Shown here: one piece after another, positions 27,472-36,148 of the stretch
Numbering within the stretch: position 1 is the first letter of the stretch
Layout: each line of letters opens with the position of its first letter
Assembly: GCA_919902105.1 (NCBI GenBank)
Contig: CAKKQO010000004.1
Location: forward strand, 4,180 to 58,431
DNA: 54,252 nucleotides
Direction of reading: 5' to 3'
From: Omnitrophica bacterium GWA2_41_15
GTDB lineage: Bacteria > Omnitrophota > Gorgyraeia > Ghiorseimicrobiales > Ghiorseimicrobiaceae
Notes under the pieces: model-generated
The model's database searches: none
The model's input: the letters and a program-made list of their open reading frames with translations, nothing else
Told to the model about the DNA's origin: nothing
Program-made: the position numbers and the translations under genes

Positions 27472-28316
27472 CCCGCGATTAGGGTAAAGCTGACAAAAAG
27501 ATAGATAATTAATGTGTTGCGGATGGTGGGGATAAATTGCGTTGCCTTATCGTAGGTTTTTCTTGCTTTTAGAGCGGTGTAGACAGCGAAAGGAAAGATA
27601 AGGAAAACCAAGATAGAGAATATCGGGATTAGTTTTAGGGCAAAAGCAATTGCCAGCATAAGGAAACTAAGAAAAATCACTGCCTGATAAAGTATAATCG
27701 CGCGCTGCTTGCCTAATCTGACCACCAGGTTTTTTTTACCAACCAGCCCATCCTGATAATAATCCGGAATTTCATTAACCAACGCCAAGGCGAGTATCAA
27801 GAAACCAAAAATTAAGGAAACTAAAAATGGCCCCAGGCCGATTCGTTGCGCCTGGACATAATAACTGCCTAAAACCATTAAAGGGCCGTAGGCAAAAAAT
27901 ATGGCGAACTCACCAAAACCGCGATAAGCCAATCTTAGTGGCGGGCCGACATAGAAGCAGGCGGCGATAAATCCCAAAATGGCAAATACGGCAATGCTTA
28001 AGCCGATTTTTAGGCTAAGGTATCCGGCAATAATCCCCGCTAAAATAAAAGCTAAACACCCCAGGTAAAATATATAATCAGGGATATTTTCTTTATCCTC
28101 GAGAAAAACCCTATCCGAGCCAAGCCGGGCATCAAAATACTCATTAAACGTTTCTACGCCTACCAATGATAAGGCAATCCCGATAAATGCTACGGCAAAG
28201 TAGTAAAAATTAAATGTCTTATGCGCGGAGAAAGACATGCTTGCGCCAAGAAAAAAAGGCAGGATTCCCGCAAACAGAAAAAACCGATAGCGCAGGAGCC
28301 GAAAAAAAGAAAACAT
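27459..28316 (-). CDS. UbiA-superfamily aromatic prenyltransferase, MenA-like
   Basis: NEYFDARLGSD and DYYQDGLVGKKNLVVRLG motifs (compare E. coli MenA NDYGDAVKGSD); 8-9 TM helices. Confidence 0.75.
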   Translation of the reverse strand: MFSFFRLLRYRFFLFAGILPFFLGASMSFSAHKTFNFYYFAVAFIGIALSLVGVETFNEYFDARLGSDRVFLEDKENIPDYIFYLGCLAFILAGIIAGYLSLKIGLSIAVFAILGFIAACFYVGPPLRLAYRGFGEFAIFFAYGPLMVLGSYYVQAQRIGLGPFLVSLIFGFLILALALVNEIPDYYQDGLVGKKNLVVRLGKQRAIILYQAVIFLSFLMLAIAFALKLIPIFSILVFLIFPFAVYTALKARKTYDKATQFIPTIRNTLIIYLFVSFTLIAGYLI

Positions 28317-28322
28317 TTAAGG

Positions 28323-29312
28323 TTAGATATCTAATTCTATCCAGGTATTGGATTGGGCCAAGAGGGTATGGTCTTTGATGACTTTTTGCGTAAATTCAAG
28401 CACATCTCTCCTCTTCCAGGCCTGTTTATAGCGCTGCCAAATTTCTTTTAAAGAGTGTTTTCTTAAATCTCCGCATAGATAGGGAAGCGGTCCGATAAGT
28501 TTTACTTTGCCGTTGGGGATGATTAAGAGACTGGCCGAAGGATTATACATGCGGTATTTTAATTCTTCCACGACATCATAAGGATAATAATATACCTTCA
28601 TCTTGCCTTTATACTCTGCTTCTTTTTTCTGCAAAACATTAAAAAAATCTTCGTAATCTTTCTCGCTTGGTGCGAGTTTATCCCAATTTTTAGCGGCTCT
28701 GCCGATGCGCATAATCTTTCCGGTGTAAAAGCCGTATACGCCCAAAGAGGCGGCGAGGTCGATCATTTGGGAGGTTTCTTTTAGGTTAAATTTTGTAGGT
28801 ACAAAGACTATCTCAGTATTTATTCCTCTTTTTACCAAGCGTTTTACCGCATCTATTGCTTTCTGCCAGTCTCCTTTTATACGCATTGCTTCATGCGTTT
28901 TGGGGGTTACGCCGTCTATACTTATCTGCACAGAGCGGAAACCGAACTCTTTAAACTTGTCTGCTGTTTTTTCATCAATGAAGTGGCCGTTGGTCTCTAC
29001 TTTGAGGCTTATTCCGTTATCGGTAATTACTTTAGCCGCATCAAAGAAATACGGACAAAGCATGGGCTCGCCGCCGGAAATCGCCGCGTAAGGAATATCC
29101 ATCTCAGTAATCTGACGGCATAAATCTAAGGCTTCATCTTTGGTTAATTCATTAGGCATTTGATACCCCGCCTCTTCACAGCAGTGCAGGCAGTCTAAAT
29201 TACAGAGGGAATTTATCTGCCAGGCGATAAATAAAGGGGAAGATAAATCTTCGATGTCAACCGAAGACGGCCTTACGTCTTGCTCTAAGAGGGAAACTTC
29301 TTTTACTTTCAT
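28323..29312 (-). CDS. radical SAM enzyme of the PqqE/NirJ/MoaA class, without SPASM auxiliary-cluster cysteines
   Basis: CNLDCLHC (CX3CX2C), SGGEP, ETNG motifs; only one Cys (YLCGDL) after the core. Confidence 0.8.
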   Translation of the reverse strand: MKVKEVSLLEQDVRPSSVDIEDLSSPLFIAWQINSLCNLDCLHCCEEAGYQMPNELTKDEALDLCRQITEMDIPYAAISGGEPMLCPYFFDAAKVITDNGISLKVETNGHFIDEKTADKFKEFGFRSVQISIDGVTPKTHEAMRIKGDWQKAIDAVKRLVKRGINTEIVFVPTKFNLKETSQMIDLAASLGVYGFYTGKIMRIGRAAKNWDKLAPSEKDYEDFFNVLQKKEAEYKGKMKVYYYPYDVVEELKYRMYNPSASLLIIPNGKVKLIGPLPYLCGDLRKHSLKEIWQRYKQAWKRRDVLEFTQKVIKDHTLLAQSNTWIELDI

Positions 29313-29314
29313 TG

Positions 29315-29563
29315 TTATTTAACAACTTTTAAGTTTTCTAATTCTTGCAGAAATTCTGAAACTTCTTTTTCAATAGTTTCAGCATCAGAGCGATAATTCT
29401 CTTCTAAGTCGTCAATGATTTCTTCTTTGCTCTTGCCTTGTTTAATTAAGTTTAAAATCTCGCCTGCGGTTTCATTAGTTACATAGACCTTTTCTTTTAG
29501 CGTATCAAAAACCACAGAGCCAAACTTCTCATTACGCAACTTTACAAATTCAGCAAATTGCAT
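29315..29563 (-). CDS. PqqD-family peptide chaperone (RiPP recognition element)
   Basis: 82 aa; VTNETAGEILNLIKQGKSKEEIIDDLEENY...EKEVSEFLQEL parallels PqqD LNETAAAILELVDG...DVVEFL. Confidence 0.8.
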   Translation of the reverse strand: MQFAEFVKLRNEKFGSVVFDTLKEKVYVTNETAGEILNLIKQGKSKEEIIDDLEENYRSDAETIEKEVSEFLQELENLKVVK

Positions 29564-29616
29564 TTAGAGCACCTCTTAAGTTATCTTAAACTAAAGAATC
29601 TGGATTAAATGAAGAA

Positions 29617-29778
29617 TTAAGTAAATCTTATGTATGGCTGGGCCATTATCTTTCCGGATACATCCTCCAGGCATGGTTTTTGCCACTTTTTTTTGCTTAA
29701 CTCTGGATGGTGTTTCTCCGAAGCCCGCATATGCCTGCTCGCAAGCGGTTCCTCTTTATTAATTTCTCTTGTCTGCAT
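29617..29778 (-). CDS. PqqA-like precursor peptide candidate (53 aa)
   Basis: GGAGGAG SD before the ATG at 29778; the C-terminal WQKPCLEDVSGKIMAQPYIRFT aligns gaplessly with PqqA WKKPAFIDLRLGLEVTLYISNR. Confidence 0.55.
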   Translation of the reverse strand: MQTREINKEEPLASRHMRASEKHHPELSKKKWQKPCLEDVSGKIMAQPYIRFT

Positions 29779-29842
29779 AACTCCTCCTCTTTTTCTTAAC
29801 ACCGAGTATCTTAACATAAAAATTTTTTTTGTCCATTGTTTT

Positions 29843-30628
29843 TTAGGTTATTTTAAAATATCCGCGCGGAGTAATCATATAGCCGTTTTTTAAGTAGGTT
29901 TTGGAATTACCCACTATCACGGTGGTAGTCATATCAATATTGTCTAACGCCATTGCTTTTTTTAAAGTAGTGATGATAATTTCTTGGCCGGAGCGGAAGG
30001 CATTTTTAACTATGCCGACGGGCGTATTAAGCGGCAGGCGCTTGGCAATAATCCGCCAGGCCATTTTTAGCGGTTCTATCCGCTTTTTACTTTTCGGGTT
30101 ATATAGCACAATTACAAAATCGGATTGGGAGGCCGCCTTCAATCTTTTTATGATATCATTTTTATCTGTCAAGAGGTCGCTGAGCGAGATTACCGCAAAA
30201 TCATTAGCAAGCGGCGCTCCTAAAAGGCTTGCGCAGGCTGTCGCTGATGGCACGCCGGGAATGACTTCTATTCTTAGTGTATCTATGTCTTTTTTATTTA
30301 AAAGCTCTAATACCAAACCAGCCATGCCGTAGATACCGGGGTCACCGCTTGAGATAACAGAAACGTTTTTGCCTTCTTTGCCTTTCTGTATCGCTTCTTG
30401 CGCCCGTTTTATTTCCTCGGTCATGCCTGAAGAAATAACCTCTTTGCCCTTAGTTAAATTTCCCAACAGCGCGATATAGGTCTTATAACCGACAATAACT
30501 TGCGAGCATTTTATTGTCTGCCTTGCTTTTTGCGTTAGGCAGCTTAAGTCGCCCGGCCCGATGCCAACGATGCTTAATTTTCCTTGGCAACTGCCACGGT
30601 AACGCCGTTGATGGCTTGTTTTTGACAT
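29843..30628 (-). CDS. cbiH: cobalt-factor III / precorrin-3B C17-methyltransferase
   Basis: LSIVGIGPGDLSCLT, SSGDPGIYG tetrapyrrole methylase motifs; order within the cbi cluster. Confidence 0.85.
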   Translation of the reverse strand: MSKTSHQRRYRGSCQGKLSIVGIGPGDLSCLTQKARQTIKCSQVIVGYKTYIALLGNLTKGKEVISSGMTEEIKRAQEAIQKGKEGKNVSVISSGDPGIYGMAGLVLELLNKKDIDTLRIEVIPGVPSATACASLLGAPLANDFAVISLSDLLTDKNDIIKRLKAASQSDFVIVLYNPKSKKRIEPLKMAWRIIAKRLPLNTPVGIVKNAFRSGQEIIITTLKKAMALDNIDMTTTVIVGNSKTYLKNGYMITPRGYFKIT

Positions 30629-31305
30629 ATTAATTTTGCTTTTTTCCCTACGAGTATTGCTACCGGTTCACAAACGCCGTCTAAGCCGATATAGCGCTTG
30701 ACTACTTCTGATAAGGAGACGCTTTTAAAATTGGCTATGTCTTCTTTTGGGATAAAAACCAGCGGTAGGTTTAATTCAGAGCAGGCCTTTATTAATCCGG
30801 CTTCTTTCTTTTTTAAATCAATGGTAGCTATTAGGCGAATTTTATCTAAACTAATCTGTGTTTTCTTGAGCGTAGATAAAATGGCATTTTTGACTTTGTC
30901 TGCGTTTATACCGCGACGGCATCCAATCCCTAAAATAATTTTTTTATGCACCTCTGTGCCTGTGGTTATTATCGGCTGTGCCCCTAAATAACCCGCCACT
31001 AAATACGTAAGCGCATTCGCTCCTCCTTCGTGGCCAGAGAGTAGGCTTATGGCAAAACGTGCGGCTGTATCCACACAGACCACCGCCGGATCCATCAGTT
31101 TATTTTTAATAAATGGGCTGATTAGGCGCGCGCAAATACCTAACGCGGAAACAAATATCAGCCCATCATAGTCATTAAATATTTTTTCTACTTTTTTCGC
31201 TTCGTCCTTTTCTAGGCGCATAACCGCGCAATTCTTAAAGTCTGCCTTTAGCTTACGCGCTATGCTTTCTCCAGCCTTATTTATAGTCAAAACCGCTATC
31301 TTCAT
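30574..31305 (-). CDS. cbiG: cobalt-precorrin-5A hydrolase (short CbiG: N and C domains)
   Basis: LLSGHEGGAN, GIGCRRG, GVCEPVA motifs. Confidence 0.8.
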   Translation of the reverse strand: MKIAVLTINKAGESIARKLKADFKNCAVMRLEKDEAKKVEKIFNDYDGLIFVSALGICARLISPFIKNKLMDPAVVCVDTAARFAISLLSGHEGGANALTYLVAGYLGAQPIITTGTEVHKKIILGIGCRRGINADKVKNAILSTLKKTQISLDKIRLIATIDLKKKEAGLIKACSELNLPLVFIPKEDIANFKSVSLSEVVKRYIGLDGVCEPVAILVGKKAKLICQKQAINGVTVAVAKEN

Positions 31306-31323
31306 TTTAGCTTACATCTCCAT

Positions 31324-31354
31324 AACCATATCAACCGCGTAGGTTGACATGGTT
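31324..31354. repeat. intergenic hairpin, family AACCATRTCRACC-N5-GGTYGACATGGTT (cbiF/cbiG spacer)
   Basis: AACCATATCAACC gcgta GGTTGACATGGTT, 13-bp stem with 1 mismatch. Confidence 0.8.
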
Positions 31355-32111
31355 AGTTTGCCACCCTAAATCCATGAGAAAAAGTTTTGTTGTATAGGCA
31401 GCTTTTTTTAAAGCCTGCTTTAGCCAAAACTTCTCCTACAAAAATCAATGCCTGTTTTTTAATGCCGGATTTTTTAACTTTCACCGCTATGTCAGAAAGC
31501 GTGCCGCTGACTATTTTTTCGTCCGGCCAGGAAGCCCGATACACTACCGCGACTGGAGTATTGCGGCCATATCCGGAAAGTAATTTTTTTATGACTTCCC
31601 CTATTTTATCCACGCTTAAAAATATGACCAAGGTCGCTTTGATTTTCGCTAATCGCGCCAAATCTTCTTTTTTAGGTACTTCTGTCCTGCCAGCAGCGCG
31701 GGTTAATATCACTGTCTGGCTGATATTCGGCAGCGTAAGCTCTTGTTTTAATCCTGCTGCTGCCGCGCAAAAAGAGCTGACTCCGGGAATAACGTTATAT
31801 TCTATCCCTTCTTTATCACAGAAATCCATCTGCTCCTGTATTGCGCCGTAAATAGACGGCTCGCCGCTATGAACCCTGGCGATTGTTTTATCGGTTGATT
31901 TTTCTTTGCGGATAATACCGAGTATTTCTTCTAAATTCATCCGTGAAGAATCATAAAGCTTAGCACCATTTTTGGCAGATTCAAGTATAGTTTTATTTAT
32001 TAGCGAGCCAGCATAGATAACGATATCAGCTAATTTTATGATCTTAGCTGCTTTAAGAGTTAAAAGCTCTGGATCGCCGGGCCCCGCGCCGATGAAGTAA
32101 ACTTTTGTCAT
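31353..32111 (-). CDS. cbiF: cobalt-precorrin-4 C11-methyltransferase
   Basis: KVYFIGAGPGDPELLTLKA, HSGEPSIYGA. Confidence 0.9.
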   Translation of the reverse strand: MTKVYFIGAGPGDPELLTLKAAKIIKLADIVIYAGSLINKTILESAKNGAKLYDSSRMNLEEILGIIRKEKSTDKTIARVHSGEPSIYGAIQEQMDFCDKEGIEYNVIPGVSSFCAAAAGLKQELTLPNISQTVILTRAAGRTEVPKKEDLARLAKIKATLVIFLSVDKIGEVIKKLLSGYGRNTPVAVVYRASWPDEKIVSGTLSDIAVKVKKSGIKKQALIFVGEVLAKAGFKKSCLYNKTFSHGFRVAN

Positions 32112-32830
32112 TTTTTTACCCTTACGATTATCACCGACAAATATCCTAATCTTTTATCCTCAATTGACGCAATATCCCGGATAATCCGTTCATCAGGATG
32201 GCCGACGCGGCTGACTAAAACAGAATTTTCTATAAGTTTGAGTCTTTTGAGCAGGTTAGTTATTTTGCTTAACGTTGCGCCGACCTTCATCAAAACAATT
32301 GTATCAAATTCTTTTAAGGTTTTTTCTATTACCGCCATATCCCTGCCCAGCGGTAAAACCGCTAATCTTTCGTTCTGCTTTACCAACGGTATACCAGAAA
32401 CACAGCTTGCGGCGCAAAATGAGGTGATGCCGGGGATGGTTTCTGATGCTATATCTGGATAGCCTTTTTTCAACGCCTCTAAGAGATAAATATATGTGCT
32501 ATAGACAAACGGGTCGCCAATTGTTACAAAGGCAGCACTTTTTTCTCTTAGTATTGTTTGGGCAACTTTTTTCGCGGCTGTCTGCCATGAAAGATTTAAT
32601 TTCTTTCTATCTTTAGTCATCGGGAAAACAAGTTCCACGTATTTTTTGGGTTTTTTAATCACCTTGCTTAATATAGACCGCGCGCACGATGCCTCAGCGT
32701 CTTTTGCTTTAGGGACAAAGATGGTATGGACGCTGTCTAATATCTTTTTTGCCCTTAAAGTAAGCAGTTTTGGGTCTCCGGGTCCGACACCAACCCCATA
32801 TAACTTCATTTTTTTATGATCATTACGCAT
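32108..32830 (-). CDS. cbiL: cobalt-factor II C20-methyltransferase
   Basis: LYGVGVGPGDPKLLTLRA, IGDPFVYST. Confidence 0.85.
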   Translation of the reverse strand: MRNDHKKMKLYGVGVGPGDPKLLTLRAKKILDSVHTIFVPKAKDAEASCARSILSKVIKKPKKYVELVFPMTKDRKKLNLSWQTAAKKVAQTILREKSAAFVTIGDPFVYSTYIYLLEALKKGYPDIASETIPGITSFCAASCVSGIPLVKQNERLAVLPLGRDMAVIEKTLKEFDTIVLMKVGATLSKITNLLKRLKLIENSVLVSRVGHPDERIIRDIASIEDKRLGYLSVIIVRVKK

Positions 32831-33456
32831 AAAGCAAAACCATCCATTTTTGATAGGTTCTTCAAATCTGTTGCGATAATTCGCTCATTCGGATAGCTCA
32901 AATTTTCAAAGACAAACGCCTGCTTATTTTTTATTCCTTTATCCAGTAAATATCGCGCGACTTTTTGGGGAGGAAATTTAGCATCAAGGAATAAAAACAT
33001 TTTCCGGCTATTTTTTGCCTCTTCTATTAAGTTTTGCGGCTTTCTACCGTGAAGAGATATGATTTTCGCGTCTTCCCAGCTTTCGCCTATCTTCGCGAAG
33101 GCAAGCTGTAAGGAGCTGATACCGGAAATAACCGCATAATCTTTTTTTTTAAACGCCCGGCTTATCTTGCCTAAAAAACTATACAATCCTGCGTCACCTG
33201 AAACTAAAACCGCGATTTTTTTCTCTCCGAGATTATTTTTTATAAAAGGGGTAATCTTATCAATATGCCCCTCAAAATAAACTTTTTCTTTTTTGGGGTA
33301 ATTAAACTGGCTTAATACCCGCCTCGCCCCCATTAAGCAATCCGCCTCTTCAATCGCCTTTTTAGCAATCGGCAGCAAATAATCTCTATTGCCTGGCCCT
33401 GTGCCAATTATCTGAACCGTATTCTTAAACATTTTTAGCGCGAACCTGTTTTTCAC
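32806..33456 (-). CDS. cbiE: cobalt-precorrin-7 C5-methyltransferase (CbiE only, no CbiT domain)
   Basis: IIGTGPGNRDYL, VSGDAGLYS; 216 aa. Confidence 0.8.
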   Translation of the reverse strand: MKNRFALKMFKNTVQIIGTGPGNRDYLLPIAKKAIEEADCLMGARRVLSQFNYPKKEKVYFEGHIDKITPFIKNNLGEKKIAVLVSGDAGLYSFLGKISRAFKKKDYAVISGISSLQLAFAKIGESWEDAKIISLHGRKPQNLIEEAKNSRKMFLFLDAKFPPQKVARYLLDKGIKNKQAFVFENLSYPNERIIATDLKNLSKMDGFALCVMIIKK

Positions 33457-33481
33457 TCCCAGAGGGGAAACAGTTGTTATC

Positions 33482-34567
33482 TTATTTTGTACATAATCTG
33501 CTATTTAGGTCAAGAAGCAGGCAATGAACCTTTAGTTTATTATTGGTTAAGCGGTTTATTTTAGTCATTATATCACGTTTAATTGTTTTAAAAACCTTAT
33601 TTAGCCGGTTTTTCTGTAAGATAGCGACTACGGCTTCGGCAGTGGTTTGACGTAATATTTCCTTAATAATTTCTTTTTTTGCCCGGCAGAGTTTAGCGTA
33701 TCGCGCGAAGGTTTCAATACGTTTATCTCCAAAATCAATATGGGTATTGAATTGATTGTTGATAAGTTTAATCAGCTTGCCGATATATCCTGCCAAAATA
33801 ACCTCGTTTATACCTTTTTTTACGCATTCTTTTAACATAAAACCGACATGGTCTCCGATTTTAATAATGGCTCCGGAGTTAACTTTTAACGTTTCTTTGG
33901 CAAATTTCTCGCCTACATAGCCCAAAACCAACACCGGTTTTTTGCTTCTCTGCGCTTTCAATATATCTAATTGCATTGATAAAGACGTCTTGTACGCCTC
34001 GGTTGACTTTGGCTCAACGATTCCTGTAGTACCGATAATAGATATGCCGCCGACTATACCAATTTGGGGGTTAAAGGTCCTTTTTGCGATTTTTTCGCCT
34101 TTCGGAGCTGTAATTGTTATTTCTAATCCTTTTTTATTCCGCACACCGCACTCAGCATTCCGCATTTCCCTTATAATCATCTTTCTGGGGACTGGATTAA
34201 TAGCGTATTCACCCACAGGAATAGGTAACCCTGGCTTAGTGGCTCTGCCAATGCCCTTGCCTCCTCGTATGTTAATGCCCGGATTTTTAGAAAAAGACAC
34301 CCGCGCGTAAATCTTTATTCTGTTAGTTACATCATAAGGGTCGCTCCCTGCGTCTTTAATCACGCCACATTCGGCAAAATTCCTGCCGATTTTTTGTCCA
34401 ATAAGCTTTAAATTTAATTTTTTACCCGATGAGGTCGTTATCTGAACGTTTTTGACTAATTTTCGGCCAATCAGCATATTTACTGCTCCTTTAGCCGCCG
34501 CTTGCGCGCAAGAACCGGTAGTGAATCCGGGACGAAGTTTTTGCATTTTACATTTTGCAATTTGCAT
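33482..34567 (-). CDS. cbiD: cobalt-precorrin-5B C1-methyltransferase
   Basis: LRPGFTTGSCAQAAAKGA, GIVGGISIIGTTGIVEP; start may be the ATG at 34546 (MQKLRPG). Confidence 0.9.
   Translation of the reverse strand: MQIAKCKMQKLRPGFTTGSCAQAAAKGAVNMLIGRKLVKNVQITTSSGKKLNLKLIGQKIGRNFAECGVIKDAGSDPYDVTNRIKIYARVSFSKNPGINIRGGKGIGRATKPGLPIPVGEYAINPVPRKMIIREMRNAECGVRNKKGLEITITAPKGEKIAKRTFNPQIGIVGGISIIGTTGIVEPKSTEAYKTSLSMQLDILKAQRSKKPVLVLGYVGEKFAKETLKVNSGAIIKIGDHVGFMLKECVKKGINEVILAGYIGKLIKLINNQFNTHIDFGDKRIETFARYAKLCRAKKEIIKEILRQTTAEAVVAILQKNRLNKVFKTIKRDIMTKINRLTNNKLKVHCLLLDLNSRLCTK
34136..34170. repeat. degenerate heptamer tract (ATTCCGC/ACACCGC/ACTCAGC/ATTCCGC/ATTTCCC) inside cbiD
   Basis: Read directly; encodes MRNAECGVRNK. 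Confidence 0.75.
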
Positions 34568-34573
34568 TTTGCA
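34539..34573. repeat. heptamer tract TTTTGCA x5 (two degenerate) at the cbiO/cbiD junction
   Basis: Read directly; supplies the cbiO C-terminus and the cbiD N-terminus (MQIAKCKMQ). Confidence 0.8.
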
Positions 34574-35405
34574 TTGTTTTTAATATTTCCTGCCTTGCCT
34601 CTCCTATTGTCAGCGGGATTTTTTCAAAATGAAGATTATCTTCGTGTTTTAGGCGCCAAATAAGCTCGGCTATCTGAGGCAGGCGCAGTTTTACATCCGC
34701 CATATCCTCTGGCGCGGTAAATACCTCTTCTGGAGTTCCGCTTCTGGTAACGCTGCCTTTACTTAGAATATAAAGCTTATCCAGAAAAAGCGGTACAAGG
34801 TCAACACTGTGCGTTGCCATAAGTATTGTTACGCCGCATTCTTTATTTAATTTAGTCAAAAGGCACATCATTTTATACTCACCCATTGGGTCAAGCCCTG
34901 CGGTCGGCTCATCTAAAAGCAGTATTTCATGCCCCATAGCCAGAAGCCCGGCAATACAGGCTCTTTTTTTCTGGCCAAAGCTTAAATTATGATTAGATTT
35001 ATGTTCAAACCCCAGGAGTTCTGTTTGTTCTAGGGCATCTGATACCCGTTTTTTTACTTCGGCTGCAGAAAAACCCATATTCAGCGGGCCAAAGGCGACG
35101 TCTTCAAAAAGCGTGGGCGCAAAAAGCTGCTCATCCGGGTTTTGAAAAACCAGTCCGACTTTTTTATAAATTTGCCGCGGAGAGAGCTTCGCGATATTAT
35201 CGCTGTCAAGGTAGGCGTTGCCATCAAAATTTTTGATTAGCCCATCAATTAACTTGAGAAGCGTGGTTTTACCGGAGCCGTTTGCGCCGAGTATACCGGC
35301 GAACTCGCCTTTTTTAATCGCAAGATTTATATCCGAAAGGGCAATTGTTCCATCAGGATACTTAAACGAATTTATCTTCGCGGATAAACGGATCATATTT
35401 TCCAT
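34548..35405 (-). CDS. cbiO: cobalt ECF transporter ATPase
   Basis: GANGSGKTT Walker A, LSFGQKKR signature, LLLDEPTAGLD Walker B. Confidence 0.85.
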   Translation of the reverse strand: MENMIRLSAKINSFKYPDGTIALSDINLAIKKGEFAGILGANGSGKTTLLKLIDGLIKNFDGNAYLDSDNIAKLSPRQIYKKVGLVFQNPDEQLFAPTLFEDVAFGPLNMGFSAAEVKKRVSDALEQTELLGFEHKSNHNLSFGQKKRACIAGLLAMGHEILLLDEPTAGLDPMGEYKMMCLLTKLNKECGVTILMATHSVDLVPLFLDKLYILSKGSVTRSGTPEEVFTAPEDMADVKLRLPQIAELIWRLKHEDNLHFEKIPLTIGEARQEILKTMQNANCKM

Positions 35406-36148
35406 ATAAATGCGAATAAAGCAATGGTTGCGGCAGATAAAATAATTTCATGCGCCTTAAACGGCTTATGCTTTAATACCGGAATATTACCATCATAGCC
35501 CCTTTGAATCATCGCTACAGTCAAATTCTGGTTATGTTCAAATGCTTTTAGCACCAAAGACCCTGAAAGAATGCCAAAGGATGATAATCCGCGCCGGACA
35601 TTTGAATATCCGAGGCGGTTTTTTTGGGCGTTATAGATAACCTGCGCTTCATCAGATAAGACAAAGATGTAGCGATAGGCAAACATTAGTATCTCGATAA
35701 AGCCCTTTGGCGCCTTTAGCCATGATAAGGCGGCGATAAGCTCGGTAAAAAGAGTTGTGAACCCTAAAATTGCCACGATAGAAACCGCAGCAAGGATACG
35801 GCAGGCGATGCGTAAGCCCTCATAAAGCCCTTCTGAATACCCGATTATTTTAAACCCGGCGAAATTCAGCGTGAATATAGAAGTTTCGCCGCTAAAGAAA
35901 AACTTAAGCAAAATTAAGATACCCGCGATAAATAACGGCTCGCAAAATCGCAAGAGAAAAACTTTTAGCGGCAGACGCAGGCGCAGACATATCGCGGCAG
36001 ACGCGACAAGAATGAATAACAAAAAAAAGAACCCGTTATAGCTTAAGACCATGGCAAGTAGAACAAGGGTAAAGATGAGCTTTACTCTTGCATCTAACGT
36101 GTAAATTCTGCTTTTTTCTCTTTTAAAGTGTTCAGCGAATAAGTGCAT
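35393..36148 (-). CDS. cbiQ: cobalt ECF transporter T component
   Basis: 251-aa multi-TM protein between cbiM and cbiO; AQKNRLG loop typical of CbiQ/EcfT. Confidence 0.8.
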   Translation of the reverse strand: MHLFAEHFKREKSRIYTLDARVKLIFTLVLLAMVLSYNGFFFLLFILVASAAICLRLRLPLKVFLLRFCEPLFIAGILILLKFFFSGETSIFTLNFAGFKIIGYSEGLYEGLRIACRILAAVSIVAILGFTTLFTELIAALSWLKAPKGFIEILMFAYRYIFVLSDEAQVIYNAQKNRLGYSNVRRGLSSFGILSGSLVLKAFEHNQNLTVAMIQRGYDGNIPVLKHKPFKAHEIILSAATIALFAFIWKI

